Assembly (NCBI RefSeq): GCF_013177435.1
Contig: NZ_CP053627.1
Location: 1,770,001 to 1,802,000, forward strand
DNA from: Xylella taiwanensis
Lineage (GTDB): Bacteria > Pseudomonadota > Gammaproteobacteria > Xanthomonadales > Xanthomonadaceae
Length of the DNA stretch: 32,000 nucleotides
Reading direction: 5' to 3'
In this document: one piece after another, positions 11,499 to 22,408 of the stretch
Position numbering within the stretch: position 1 is the first letter of the stretch
Layout of the letters: each line of letters starts with the position of its first letter
Notes under the pieces: model-generated
What the model saw: the letters and a program-made list of their open reading frames with translations, nothing else
Told to the model about the DNA's origin: nothing
Databases searched by the model: none
Translations under genes and position numbers: made by a program

Positions 11499-12761
11499 AT
11501 GAAACGTTCCGCACCTTTATTTCCCTTTGAAATTCAAGCTACCGATCAATACCCGTTAGGGATACTGCCCGAGGATTTCCTGCACAACTATTGGCACAAA
11601 CGCCCGCTCCTGATCCGCAACGCGTTTCCTGACTTCCACAACCCAGTGACCCCCGAGGATCTCGCCGGCCTCGCCTGTGAGGAAGATGTCCTGTCCCGTC
11701 TGATCCGCCACGACCGCAACACCGGCGCCTGGGAGGTGCGTAACGGACCTTTCCAGGAAGAGGAATTTCCCGGGCTACCCGACCATGACTGGACCCTGCT
11801 GGTCCAGGATGTCGATAAGTGGGACCCGGATGTGCACGCGCTCCTGGAACATTTCCGCTTTCTGCCACGCTGGCGCATTGATGACATCATGATCAGTTTC
11901 GCCACCACCAACGGCTCGGTCGGTGCCCATGTCGACCACTACGACGTCTTCCTGCTACAGGGCCAGGGACACCGCCGCTGGCAAATCGACGCCAGCGTGA
12001 CCATGGGCCACAAGGCACCGCCGCTGGATTTTCGCAACGATGTAGATATCAAGCTACTGCGCCACTTTGACCCAACCCACGAATGGGTGCTGGCACCAGG
12101 TGACATGCTCTACCTGCCGCCACTAGTGCCACACCACGGGATCGCTGAGGATCCATGTTTGACGTACTCGGTAGGCATGCGTGCGCCATCCTCGGCCGAG
12201 CTGGTCAGCGACTGGCTGGACACGTTGATCAGCGATGCCGACGAAACGGTGCGTTACCACGACGCAGACCTCAAGCGACCCAATGACCCGTACGAAATCG
12301 ACGCAGCGGCTATGCATCGTGCGATCACGGCCCTGAACGCCTTGAGGATGCACGACGACCCGGACCGGCTCGGCAGCTGGTTCGGTCGTTTCATCACCAC
12401 TTACCGCACCTCCAACACCATCGCACCTTACACCACGACACCACACCGCGAGACGTTAGAACATGCCCTCGCCGCCGGTGGCGATCTGATACGCCACCCG
12501 TGGTCGCGTACAGCCTGGTGCCATGCCACACGTGGTGCCAAGTTATTCTGCAGCGGTCTGGAATTCACACTCACATGTCAGGATGCACAACGCTTAGCCG
12601 CAGCCGAACGGGTCGACATCCACACCTACACACAACTCTCCGATCGTGGCCGCACAGCATTACTCAACCTAGTGGCCCAGGGTCACTACCACATGGATGA
12701 CAACACCCCGGACAAAGACGCAAACAACCAGGAGGCATCCTCCTCAACGCTCTGCCCCTAA
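11499..12761 (+). CDS. roxA: JmjC/cupin ribosomal protein oxygenase (YcfD/RoxA-like, 50S L16 arginine hydroxylase family)
   Basis: Collinear with E. coli YcfD: HWxKRPLLIR, PEDLAGLA, WTLLVQ, WRIDDIMISF, the Fe-binding H-x-D in GAHVDHYDVFLLQGQGHRRW, and a later PHHG. Confidence 0.85.
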   Translation: MKRSAPLFPFEIQATDQYPLGILPEDFLHNYWHKRPLLIRNAFPDFHNPVTPEDLAGLACEEDVLSRLIRHDRNTGAWEVRNGPFQEEEFPGLPDHDWTLLVQDVDKWDPDVHALLEHFRFLPRWRIDDIMISFATTNGSVGAHVDHYDVFLLQGQGHRRWQIDASVTMGHKAPPLDFRNDVDIKLLRHFDPTHEWVLAPGDMLYLPPLVPHHGIAEDPCLTYSVGMRAPSSAELVSDWLDTLISDADETVRYHDADLKRPNDPYEIDAAAMHRAITALNALRMHDDPDRLGSWFGRFITTYRTSNTIAPYTTTPHRETLEHALAAGGDLIRHPWSRTAWCHATRGAKLFCSGLEFTLTCQDAQRLAAAERVDIHTYTQLSDRGRTALLNLVAQGHYHMDDNTPDKDANNQEASSSTLCP

Positions 12762-14396
12762 CCATCGTTTGTATCCCCATGCCACCCATTGTGCTGAGCC
12801 TGTCTCTGAACCACAGCGATGACCATTGCCATGATGCAACCACTGGCATGGTTGCACGGTCATACCCCGCTACATTTAGAGTCATGTATCCACACACAAG
12901 ACACCTCATGTAGCATTAGCGCAATATGGTTTGCGCAAGCCGGCAAGGCTGATCCTCACCTTAAGAATCAGTCCACGATATCCGGGCATCGCGCTCTAAC
13001 CACAGGTCAAACGTCACTGCAATGGATCATGTGCTATATGCGTCATCAGGCTCTCTTTATCTGATACTTGGCTATTAAAACAGGCTGGCATCTTCGTTCC
13101 CTGATACATTCCACCATCCGTTGGTTTGTATATCGCATTTCATCAACTGCTTCTGCATCAGGGGAACAATGCTGCGCAGATCATCGCAAACCCCTCCAAT
13201 GGGGTAACCGTTGCTCTCAAAAAATCAGATCAAATTCAAACCATCCAAGGTATAGCGGCGCATTGAAACTCTCGATTTTTCCAAGTCATTAGGGCACTGG
13301 CGACGTAACGACACTGTCACATTGAAGATGGCTGTGTACTCGAACTCAGTCCAAACTTGGTATCCATTGATCGAATCATGATGCTCTTTCGATGGATATA
13401 TTCGGATTTGATCCTGGCTAGGCCTAAAGTCATGTTACCTGCGTCTCTATATTGCTCCACTGTGAAAGCTTAAAGAATACGGCGTGAAAGGTGCCCCACA
13501 TCAGTAGACTTCACACTGCAAGCTCAATGATCCGTCCGCCAATGCCCTGAGATCTCGCTATTGCATATGCAAGATACATACGATGCACAGTCTCAGCGGC
13601 AACATAAAGATGCAGTCCAACGCACCAACCTGCTGCATCAGAAAAACACTTAAGCCTCCGACGATCCCAAGCAACATGGGGCCAGTAAGTGACCGACCCC
13701 AAAAGCATCTGTAGGCTGGAACGTCCCACTGTGCTCCGGAAAACACAAGCAACCGCCAAGAAACAGGTAAGTCAACAACCTCGACAACCCACTGAAACGT
13801 ATCCAGGGCAGTATCCTGACTTCATGATGAAGAGATCCGATTTCGATTGCTCGAACACCAGTTCTAGCACGTCAAAATAAACAGCCGATACCAAGTAAAA
13901 AGCATTGCGCAGCTGAATACCCTTTAGATGCGCGCTGCTCTATAAGCGGCTGACACACAGCATTAACGACAGGGAAGCAAAGCCTATGTGCACCTGAAAC
14001 GCATTTAAATAGTGTCAGCAACAGCGTTGGAATCCGCACGCATACGGTGCCAAAGGCCGCCACAACCATTTGTTGTTGAGCAATGAGTCAGCCACACATG
14101 CAGCGTCGTACTGCTACACAGGGACTTTGTCCAAAACATCGCTAGAGACGGCACAATCGTATCGAAAATGTCACGCACTGCCGCTCATCACACCTAAATA
14201 TCCCAACAAACCCGAGTACGTACACGTTGAACGTGTCCTGAGAAATTAAGTCAGGAACAAAATGCCTTGGCGGAACGTGTAAGTACACCTCCTTAAGGAT
14301 TCATAGGGTTATAATTTCGACAATGACTCAAGGGCATCGCCCAGACATATCCGTGCATCGCGGACGTAGCCAACCCCATCGACCCGACTGACCATC

Positions 14397-17225
14397 GTGG
14401 ACAATCTAATCAAGCAGTTTACCCAATCTTCCCCTCTCGCCGGCGGCAATGCCGCCTACATTGAAGATCTTTACGAGCAATACCTCGTCTCGCCCAATAG
14501 CGTCGATCCCAAGTGGAAAACTTACTTTGACGGCTTCAAAGGGCGCGATGCTGGTGACATCCCACACTCAGCGGTCATCGCTCACATCGCCGACACAGCC
14601 AAGCAAGCTGTCAAAACCGGGACCAGCCAGGGCCCGGATGACGAGCGTGAACGTAACATCGGTCGTCTCATCACCGCTTATCGCTCACGTGGCCATCTGG
14701 GTGCTCGAATCGATCCACTGGCTCTGACTCTGCCAATCAACCCGCCTGATCTGGATCTACCATTTCATGATCTGTCACAAGCCGATCTCAACAGTGAATT
14801 CAGCACTGGCGGCATCGGTGGCCAACCACGGATGAAGCTGCGGGATCTGCTCGCACACTTAAAAGCAACCTACACCGACACCATCGGCACAGAATTCATG
14901 CATATCCCTGAATTCGAGCAGCGCCAGTGGATCTATCGGCGCCTGGAAAATCTCGGTGGCAAGATTGCTGGTAACGCAGCCAGCCGCAAACGTACCCTAG
15001 AACGTCTGACTGCCGCAGAGGGCCTGGAACGTTATCTGCACACTAAGTATGTCGGCCAGAAACGCTTCTCACTCGAAGGCGGCGATGCATTGATTCCGCT
15101 GCTGGACGCGGTCGTACGTCAAGCTGGGCATAATGATGTCAAAGACATCGTGATCGGTATGGCCCACCGCGGCCGGTTGAACGTGCTGGTCAATACTTTA
15201 GGCAAGAATCCACGCAAACTGTTCGACGAATTTGAGGGCAAGTTCGAGCACGTCCATGACAACCGCGCTCACACCGGGGACGTGAAATACCACATGGGCT
15301 TCTCGGCCGACATCGCCGTCGGCGATGGCAAGCAGATACATTTGGCGCTCGCCTTCAATCCATCGCACCTTGAAATCGTTGATCCGGTCGTCGCCGGTTC
15401 GGTACGTTCGCGCCAGGAGCGCTTCGGCGACACCGAACGCAAAAGTGTGCTACCGATCTTGATCCATGGCGACGCTGCATTCGCCGGCCAAGGTGTGGTC
15501 ATGGAACTATTCCAGATGTCGCAGGCACGTGGCTTCGCCGTCGGCGGCACTCTGCATGTGGTGATCAATAATCAAATCGGCTTCACGACCAGTGCGCGCG
15601 ATGATGCCCGCTCCACCCTGTACTGCACCGATGTCGCCAAAATGATTGGTGCGCCGGTATTCCACGTCAACGGTGACGATCCAGACGCCGTCGTTTTCGT
15701 CGCGCAATTAGCCTATGAGTTCCGCCAGCAATTCAAGAAAGACGTCGTCATTGACCTAGTTTGCTACCGCCGTTGGGGACACAATGAAGCAGACGAGCCG
15801 GCCGCAACGCAACCAGTGATGTACCAGGCCATCCGGAAGCACCAAACCACCCGCGAGCTTTACGCAACCAAACTGGAGAGCGAAGGAGTCATTTCAGCAG
15901 ACGAGGCCAAGGCAATGGTAGACAACTACCGCGCCAAACTGGACTCAGGGGAATTCACCACTGAACTTGCCAGCAAACACACTGATGAATTCGTGATCGA
16001 CTGGTCCAAGTACTTGTCCGGCAAGCTGGACGACACCGTCAAGACAAATGTCAAGCGTCAGACGCTGAACCAGTTAGCCGCGCTCATCAATACCATCCCA
16101 ACCGATGTGGAATTGCACCCGCGGGTCGCCAAGATCTATGAAGACCGCATGAAAATGGCTGTTGGTGAGCAGCCGTGCGACTGGGGCTTCGCCGAAAACT
16201 TGGCCTATGCCACGTTGCTGGTTGAAGGCCACAAGCTACGCTTGGTCGGCCAAGACGCTGGGCGCGGCACCTTCTTCCACCGCCATGCAATCCTGCACGA
16301 TCAAAAAACCGACAGCTATTATCTGCCACTGCGCCAATTAGTCGACAACCCCGACGACGCCACGGTGATCGACTCGTTGCTCAGCGAAGAAGCCGTCATG
16401 GGGTTCGAGTATGGTTACTCGACCACCGATCCCAACGCGCTGTGTATCTGGGAAGCCCAGTTCGGCGATTTCGCCAACGGTGCCCAAGTCGTCATTGACC
16501 AATTCATTGCTGCCGGTGAGGCCAAATGGGGGCGCATCAGCGGCCTGTCGCTATTCTTACCACACGGTTATGAAGGCCAAGGTCCGGAGCACAGTTCCGC
16601 ACGTTTAGAACGTTTCCTACAATTGTGTGCACTGGAAAATATGCTGGTCTGCGTACCCACCACTCCAGCACAGGCATTTCACATGATCCGTCGGCAAATG
16701 CGCATGTCCACGCGGAAACCGTTGGTTGTCATGACACCTAAATCACTGCTACGCCACAAGCTCGCGGTATCCACTTTGGACGAGCTGGCTCACGGTGAGT
16801 TCCAACACATGATCCCAGACCATGCGGCTGACCCCAAGCACGTCAAGCGCATCGTCGTATGTGCCGGCAAGGTCTATTACGACCTATTAGAAAACCAGCA
16901 AAAACGAAGCCAAAACGACGTAGCGATCGTACGTATCGAGCAGTTGTATCCGTTCCCGCGTGTGTTGCTGGCCAACGAACTGAAACGCTTCAACAAGGCT
17001 ACCGACGTAGTGTGGTGCCAGGAAGAACCGCAAAACCAGGGCGCGTGGTATCAGATCAAGCATCACCTGCAAGCCGTACTGGCTGATGGCCAGGCGCTGC
17101 ACTATGCCGGTCGTCCTCGTTCCCCATCTCCAGCCGCCGGGCACATGGCCGAACATATGCTCGAACAACAAAACCTGGTGGCCGATGCACTGTTGAATCC
17201 ATTAAACGATCACGTCACTGAATAA
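14397..17225 (+). CDS. sucA: 2-oxoglutarate dehydrogenase E1 component
   Basis: 942 aa with a GTG start. Full-length resemblance to SucA (N-terminal YIEDLYEQYL, central GDAAFAGQGVV, RWGHNE). Confidence 0.95.
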   Translation: MDNLIKQFTQSSPLAGGNAAYIEDLYEQYLVSPNSVDPKWKTYFDGFKGRDAGDIPHSAVIAHIADTAKQAVKTGTSQGPDDERERNIGRLITAYRSRGHLGARIDPLALTLPINPPDLDLPFHDLSQADLNSEFSTGGIGGQPRMKLRDLLAHLKATYTDTIGTEFMHIPEFEQRQWIYRRLENLGGKIAGNAASRKRTLERLTAAEGLERYLHTKYVGQKRFSLEGGDALIPLLDAVVRQAGHNDVKDIVIGMAHRGRLNVLVNTLGKNPRKLFDEFEGKFEHVHDNRAHTGDVKYHMGFSADIAVGDGKQIHLALAFNPSHLEIVDPVVAGSVRSRQERFGDTERKSVLPILIHGDAAFAGQGVVMELFQMSQARGFAVGGTLHVVINNQIGFTTSARDDARSTLYCTDVAKMIGAPVFHVNGDDPDAVVFVAQLAYEFRQQFKKDVVIDLVCYRRWGHNEADEPAATQPVMYQAIRKHQTTRELYATKLESEGVISADEAKAMVDNYRAKLDSGEFTTELASKHTDEFVIDWSKYLSGKLDDTVKTNVKRQTLNQLAALINTIPTDVELHPRVAKIYEDRMKMAVGEQPCDWGFAENLAYATLLVEGHKLRLVGQDAGRGTFFHRHAILHDQKTDSYYLPLRQLVDNPDDATVIDSLLSEEAVMGFEYGYSTTDPNALCIWEAQFGDFANGAQVVIDQFIAAGEAKWGRISGLSLFLPHGYEGQGPEHSSARLERFLQLCALENMLVCVPTTPAQAFHMIRRQMRMSTRKPLVVMTPKSLLRHKLAVSTLDELAHGEFQHMIPDHAADPKHVKRIVVCAGKVYYDLLENQQKRSQNDVAIVRIEQLYPFPRVLLANELKRFNKATDVVWCQEEPQNQGAWYQIKHHLQAVLADGQALHYAGRPRSPSPAAGHMAEHMLEQQNLVADALLNPLNDHVTE

Positions 17226-17265
17226 CCATTCTTCCGAGAACAAGAATCCTTAGGACACATCCCGA

Positions 17266-18429
17266 ATGACCATCGAAGTTAAAGTCCCGGTATTACCTGA
17301 ATCCGTTTCAGACGCCACCATTGCCAGCTGGCACAAGAAAGCCGGTGAGATGGTCAAACGCGATGAGAATATAGTCGATCTGGAAACCGACAAAGTTGTA
17401 CTGGAAGTCCCTTCACCCGTCGACGGCGTGCTGAAGGAAATCAAGTTCGACACCGGCAGCACTGTCACCAGCAATCAGATTCTGGCCATCATTGAAGAAG
17501 GTCACACCGTTGCCGCACCACCTGCGATGCTCGATCAGAAACCGGTGACCCCATCCGCTCCGGCGGCTCAATCCAGCGTTACCAGTCTCCCTCCAGGCGC
17601 TCGTTTCTCAGCAATGACCGAAGGGATCGATCCAACACAGATCGAAGGGAGTGGACGCCGTGGTGCAGTCACCAAAGAAGACATCATCAATTTTGCTAAG
17701 CAAAGTGGAGTCGCCCGCACGAGTGGTACACGTGTAGAAGAGCGCGTCCCAATGACCCGTATCCGGCAACGCATCGCCGAACGCCTCATGCAGTCGAAGC
17801 ACTCCACTGCAATGTTGACGACATTCAACGAAATCAACCTAGCCAAGGTCTCCGCCACCCGCAAAGAGTTGCAAGATGAATTCCAGAAAGCTCACGGTAT
17901 CAAATTGGGCTTCATGAGCTTCTTCGTGAAAGCGGCCGCCAATGCACTGCAACGCTTCCCGTTGGTCAACGCCTCGATCGATGGTACAGACATCATCTAC
18001 CACGGCTACAGCGATATTTCGATCGCGGTATCCACTGACAAGGGCTTAGTCACGCCGGTACTGCGCAACGTCGAACGGATGTCTTTCGCCGACATTGAGC
18101 ATCGCATCGCTGATTACGCCAAGAAAGCCCGCGACGGCAAACTAAGCCTAGAAGAATTGCAGGGTGGCACCTTCACTGTGACCAACGGTGGCACCTTCGG
18201 CTCGCTGCTCTCGACCCCCATCGTTAACCCGCCACAAAGCGCGATTTTGGGGATGCATGCGATCAAGGAGCGCCCAATCGCTGAAAACGGCCAAATTGTG
18301 ATTGCACCGATGATGTATGTGGCGCTGTCATATGACCACCGCATCATTGATGGCAAGGATTCGGTTCAGTTCTTAGTAGACATCAAAAATCAGTTGGAAA
18401 CACCCGGACGGATGCTATTCGACTTATAA
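17266..18429 (+). CDS. sucB: Dihydrolipoyllysine-residue succinyltransferase (E2 of 2-oxoglutarate dehydrogenase)
   Basis: Lipoyl attachment motif [10 protein letters not shown], an Ala/Pro linker, and the catalytic C-terminal SYDHRIIDG. Confidence 0.95.
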   Translation: MTIEVKVPVLPESVSDATIASWHKKAGEMVKRDENIVDLETDKVVLEVPSPVDGVLKEIKFDTGSTVTSNQILAIIEEGHTVAAPPAMLDQKPVTPSAPAAQSSVTSLPPGARFSAMTEGIDPTQIEGSGRRGAVTKEDIINFAKQSGVARTSGTRVEERVPMTRIRQRIAERLMQSKHSTAMLTTFNEINLAKVSATRKELQDEFQKAHGIKLGFMSFFVKAAANALQRFPLVNASIDGTDIIYHGYSDISIAVSTDKGLVTPVLRNVERMSFADIEHRIADYAKKARDGKLSLEELQGGTFTVTNGGTFGSLLSTPIVNPPQSAILGMHAIKERPIAENGQIVIAPMMYVALSYDHRIIDGKDSVQFLVDIKNQLETPGRMLFDL

Positions 18430-18444
18430 GGAAGGCACTAAAAC

Positions 18445-18615
18445 ATGGATGGAACATCGATCGCACTCATTAGTACTACAGTCATCGCAATAGCAACCGT
18501 CGTCGCCGCACTCATCAATACCTTTGGTCAAATCAAAGTCTCACGTGAAAGCGAAGCAAAGGAAAAATTGAGAGACGACCTTGATCGACTCAAGACCGAA
18601 AACGAATGTCTGTGA
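18445..18615 (+). CDS. Small membrane-anchored coiled-coil ORF (56 aa), below the track threshold
   Basis: TAAGGAAGG lies about 10 nt upstream of the ATG. Translation is MDGTSIALISTTVIAIATVVAALINTFGQIKVSRESEAKEKLRDDLDRLKTENECL, that is one TM helix plus a charged helix. It ends at a TGA that is in frame with the next ORF. Confidence 0.4.
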   Translation: MDGTSIALISTTVIAIATVVAALINTFGQIKVSRESEAKEKLRDDLDRLKTENECL

Positions 18616-18624
18616 AAGAATCTG

Positions 18625-18870
18625 ATGTACTCACTGCGTCAATGTGCCGGCTACCATCAGCTAGAAGACATATATTTCAAGCGGCTCCATCCTAATGAGA
18701 CTGATAGAAAGAAATCTCTTTATCGCCAGGATGCAGAGGATCAATGTGGCATTTATCCGCGAATGAGTAGAAAAAAATGCAAAGAGTACGCAGACAACAT
18801 AGAGAGCGGTCAAAGCTGTCTACTCATTGACGTTGCGATCACACAAGAACAGGAAAAAACCAATGAGTGA
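18625..18870 (+). CDS. Hypothetical 81-aa ORF, in frame with 18445..18615 across a single TGA; overlaps the lpdA start by 8 nt
   Basis: Both 18445 and 18625 fall in the same reading frame (position mod 3 = 1). The product is hydrophilic, Lys/Glu/Cys-containing and of no family I recognise. The segment is AT-rich (one hand-counted 60-nt line is 37% GC). Confidence 0.3.
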   Translation: MYSLRQCAGYHQLEDIYFKRLHPNETDRKKSLYRQDAEDQCGIYPRMSRKKCKEYADNIESGQSCLLIDVAITQEQEKTNE

Positions 18871-20299
18871 ACACTACGACGTCATCGTTATCGGAGCCGG
18901 TCCGGCTGGCTATCATGCTGCAATCCGCGCAGCCCAACTGGGTATGAAGGTCGCTTGCGTCGATGCAGCACTCGGCAAGGACGGTAAACCCGCCCTAGGC
19001 GGCACCTGTCTGCGTGTGGGATGTATCCCGTCCAAAGCACTGCTCGACTCCTCCCGCCAATACTGGAACATGGGACATCTGTTCAACGAACATGGCATCA
19101 GTTTCAAAGATGCCAAAATCGATGTCGCAACGATGATTGCTCGCAAAGACAAAATCGTGAAACAGTTCACGGGCGGTATCGCAATGCTATTCAAAGCAAA
19201 TAAGATCACTCCCTACTATGGATTTGCCCAATTGCAACCTGGCAACTTGGTCAAAGTGAAACAACATGAGGGTCATGAAGTCGAACTGAAAGGCGCCAAC
19301 GTGATCCTGGCAGCCGGCTCAGATTCAATTGAGCTGCCATTTGCAAAGTTCGACGGTGAAACGATTGTGGACAATAGCGGTGCACTGGACTTCACCAAAG
19401 TCCCAAGGCGCTTGGCAGTGATCGGTGCCGGTGTGATCGGCCTGGAATTAGGTAGCGTATGGAAGCGCCTCGGTGCAGAAGTCACCATTCTTGAAGCACT
19501 GCCAAATTTTCTAGCCGCCGCTGACGCCGAGGTTGCCAAAACCGCCGCCAAAGAATTCAAGCAACAGGGGTTGGACATCAAGCTCGGCGCCAAGGTCTCC
19601 CGAACCGAAGTCACAAGTAAAAACAACAAAAAGGAAGTCATCGTTACCTACACCGATACCTCCGGCGAGCAGACACTCACTGTAGACAAACTGTTAGTGG
19701 CTGTAGGCCGCAAGGCCGCCACCAAAGGCTTGCTTGCAGATGGCACGGGTATACAGCTCAACGAGCGTGGCCAGATCGTGGTGGACGAACACTGTCACAC
19801 CGGTATTGACGGTATCTGGGCCATTGGCGACTGCGTACGCGGCCCGATGTTGGCTCACAAGAGCTTCGATGAGGGTATCGCAGTCGCCGAATTGATCGCC
19901 GGCCTGCCAGGCCATGTAAACTTTGAGACCATCCCATGGGTGATCTATACCGAACCAGAAATTGCCTGGGTCGGTAAAACTGAACAGCAACTCAAAGCAG
20001 ACAACATTCCGTACAAAACTGGCTCGTTCCCGTTCGCAGCGGTCGGACGAGCCGTCGCAATGGGAGAACCGTCCGGTTTTGTGAAAGTCCTGGCACATGC
20101 TGAAACCGACCGCGTGCTGGGTTTACATCTGATCGGTGTTAACGTCTCCGAATTAGTACACGAAGGGGTGTTGACTATGGAATTCAGCGGCTCGGCTGAC
20201 GATCTAGCCCGCATCTGCCACGCCCATCCAACCTTATCGGAAGCAATTCACGACGCGGCCATGGCGGTCAGCAAACGCGCAATCCATAAAGCAAACTGA
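18863..20299 (+). CDS. lpdA: Dihydrolipoyl dehydrogenase (E3)
   Basis: MSEHYDVIVIGAGPAGY (FAD-binding site), redox disulfide GGTCLRVGCIPSK, C-terminal HAHPTLSE. I chose the start at Met13 of the track ORF by homology. Confidence 0.95.
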   Translation: MSEHYDVIVIGAGPAGYHAAIRAAQLGMKVACVDAALGKDGKPALGGTCLRVGCIPSKALLDSSRQYWNMGHLFNEHGISFKDAKIDVATMIARKDKIVKQFTGGIAMLFKANKITPYYGFAQLQPGNLVKVKQHEGHEVELKGANVILAAGSDSIELPFAKFDGETIVDNSGALDFTKVPRRLAVIGAGVIGLELGSVWKRLGAEVTILEALPNFLAAADAEVAKTAAKEFKQQGLDIKLGAKVSRTEVTSKNNKKEVIVTYTDTSGEQTLTVDKLLVAVGRKAATKGLLADGTGIQLNERGQIVVDEHCHTGIDGIWAIGDCVRGPMLAHKSFDEGIAVAELIAGLPGHVNFETIPWVIYTEPEIAWVGKTEQQLKADNIPYKTGSFPFAAVGRAVAMGEPSGFVKVLAHAETDRVLGLHLIGVNVSELVHEGVLTMEFSGSADDLARICHAHPTLSEAIHDAAMAVSKRAIHKAN

Positions 20300-20322
20300 T
20301 CTCCCCCAAGTATCTCCTCATC

Positions 20323-20365
20323 AGGCATCGCTCTACAGACTCCCGAGCGATGCCTTTTTGTTTTT
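20323..20365 (+). terminator. Rho-independent terminator of the sucAB-lpdA operon
   Basis: Perfect stem aggcatcgctc / gagcgatgcct (20323-20333 / 20345-20355), an 11-nt loop, then tttttgttttt. Confidence 0.8.
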
Positions 20366-21537
20366 ATCTAACCCCTGTGCATCTGTGTCCCATAGCCTCC
20401 GATACTCCTAAGCTGTAAGGATGGAGCGCATCCTTCGGAGCGAAGCTGAAGAAATATAAATTAATAGTGATCGCTCAATAGATCCACTAAGACGCAATGC
20501 TGGGACTGCACGAACAAAAAATAGCCATCTCTGCTCAGCAAGAATGAGATCTACTGACTGCATTCAGCAGAGCTGGACGGGTATTTGGGCAACGGAATTG
20601 TACGGGAACGAGCAAGCACAAACGTCATGGATTGTTAGTGCTCGGGGATAGCTGCCATGCAACGAGATAGCTAAAGAGCCCCTGATCATTGAAGACAGCG
20701 CACGCGTGGGGCGACCTTTCCTGTTACTAAATTCAGACAACAAACCGCTGTTTATCAGTAATCACTCCATCCGACTGACGCACTACAGCGCACTGCAACA
20801 ATCAAGCATTCTCAGTGCTACTAACAATGGCCACCCTGCTATCACTGGATACTATTTCAGCTCGGCAGCAATCACACTTACCATCCATGACAAGCAACGC
20901 AACAGAGATTCCCAAGATGGCTATGAAGGATAGAAAAGAACTAAAAAAAGAAATGTGTTAATGAATAGAATATCTGCCCGGCTACTCTGATAGTAAATAC
21001 GAATTGCTCAGGCACCGTAAAGCAATAATCAGTACCCGAAAAAATAAATGCACGCCATGACTGGACAGCATTTCCAACAGTCCGATAACGACTCGCGTTC
21101 CTCAGAAAAAAAGCGCAATCATTAAAGGAGATTACTAGTTTAAACAACTTAACTTAAGAAGCACTACCAAGATTTCAAAAAACTGTTTTATATTCATATT
21201 CAAACAAACGCACTGTACGCCTCAGAAAATTTACTCAGTAAACTCTATTACATTGACACACAAAAATTAAATAAACGTGGATTCATAGCTACTCAGTAAT
21301 ACGCTGATTATTAATTGGCAGATTTTTTAAGCACGTTGAAATTGCTGTGCTTGGTAAAGCATCGTGGATCGTCCAACCTGATGTAGTAGATCCATGATTG
21401 GGTCCATCTTCGATTTCATTGCAATCAGCTTCCATCAACGTTTAATCCTTTTAAATGTTTTAGCTGGAAGTCATTTGAAATGTCTTCTGTACTCCGCAAA
21501 TCCTGAACTGTGGGGTAATCCAGTGATACCTAGGACT

Positions 21538-21939
21538 TTAGTTACATTTTCGGTGAGAGTAACAAATCATTGCATCAACATCCTCTAAGAAATGACCTTC
21601 AGCCCTGCGACCTAGGGTATAGCAAGCTGCAAGTGCTTTTGTCACCACATGATCGTGTTGAAATCGGGTGCCGGCCAATCCTCGCTTGGCAATCTCGACA
21701 GACTGTCTGCCAACCCAATGCTCCGATGTCGTGGCAGGCGAAATAAACACTGTAGCGTAAAGACAACACTGGATTGCCATCGCTATGCAGTGGTGACCGG
21801 GCACGCTTGCTGCCACCGCCCGGTAAACCATGCGGGCCTCCTTGTCCAGCCAGAGACTCTGCGGGCTTCGGGATTCCGGTGCTATGTTATCCACTGAGCA
21901 GTGCGTCGTTCGGGACTGCTTCTCTGCCAGCTTTGGCAT
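21538..21939 (-). pseudogene. Degenerate ORF, paralog of 2451..2765; possible tyrosine-recombinase C-terminal relic (tentative)
   Basis: 133-aa ORF in AT-rich DNA with no RBS. GTRFQHDHVVTKALAACYTLGRR...AMICYSHRKCN-stop loosely fits box II (HxLR..) plus a terminal Tyr-x-His of integrases, but the catalytic Arg residues are not evident. Confidence 0.3.
21626..21776. repeat. Copy 2 of the diverged ~150-bp dispersed repeat (partner at 2602..2751)
   Basis: Carries the same four exact blocks (15, 13, 13 and 13 nt) in the same order and orientation as copy 1. Weaker similarity continues about 100 bp to the left in both copies. Confidence 0.8.
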
Positions 21940-22292
21940 ATTCAGATCTGTTCGAACACAAACTTCCCAGTCCAGTAATGCGTATACCCGATGGGTATAA
22001 CCAAGGCCATCAACAGCTAAAACCCATTAAAACATTCCATATCCAAATGTATCAACCATCTATTTCAGACTTTATTTGGTGAACGATAACACTCATGGAA
22101 ATTAATTATTTTTTATGAGCACTTTTTTCAAGAAAATCAGATAGCACAATGAACTAATCTAAAATGATCTAGATCACCAATTACCAGAAAATCAAAGCCG
22201 TAACCAAATGCAAACAGCCTACATGCTGGCATCCATGATCCACTATTTATATACATGGCCTAAAAACTGCTCCCTTAAGTACGTTCACTCCA

Positions 22293-22322
22293 CCAAAAAG
22301 AAAGCCCTCTGCAGAGGGCTTT
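22293..22322 (-). terminator. Rho-independent terminator downstream of the glycine-zipper lipoprotein gene
   Basis: Perfect 9-bp stem aaagccctc / gagggcttt with loop tgca. On the minus strand it is followed by ctttttg. Confidence 0.75.
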
Positions 22323-22408
22323 CCTTGAATTGTTTTAACACCGGGATCCCAATCTGCAAGCATCACCATAAATCATGCGAAAGAAGGAGCCTGAGCAGTC
22401 TTTGTGCA

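Noticed and set aside
13511-13759. Minus-strand ORF ending ...RSQGIGGRIIELAV, considered as a GNAT acetyltransferase
   Set aside because: Only a Q-G-I-G-like tetrapeptide matches. The surrounding beta4-alpha3 pattern is absent and the ORF is truncated. I mention it only as a possible relic.
18613-18615. In-frame TGA between the two sucB-lpdA spacer ORFs read as selenocysteine
   Set aside because: I could see no convincing SECIS-like stem-loop immediately downstream and nothing else pointing to a selenoprotein. A nonsense mutation or two separate ORFs is the simpler explanation.
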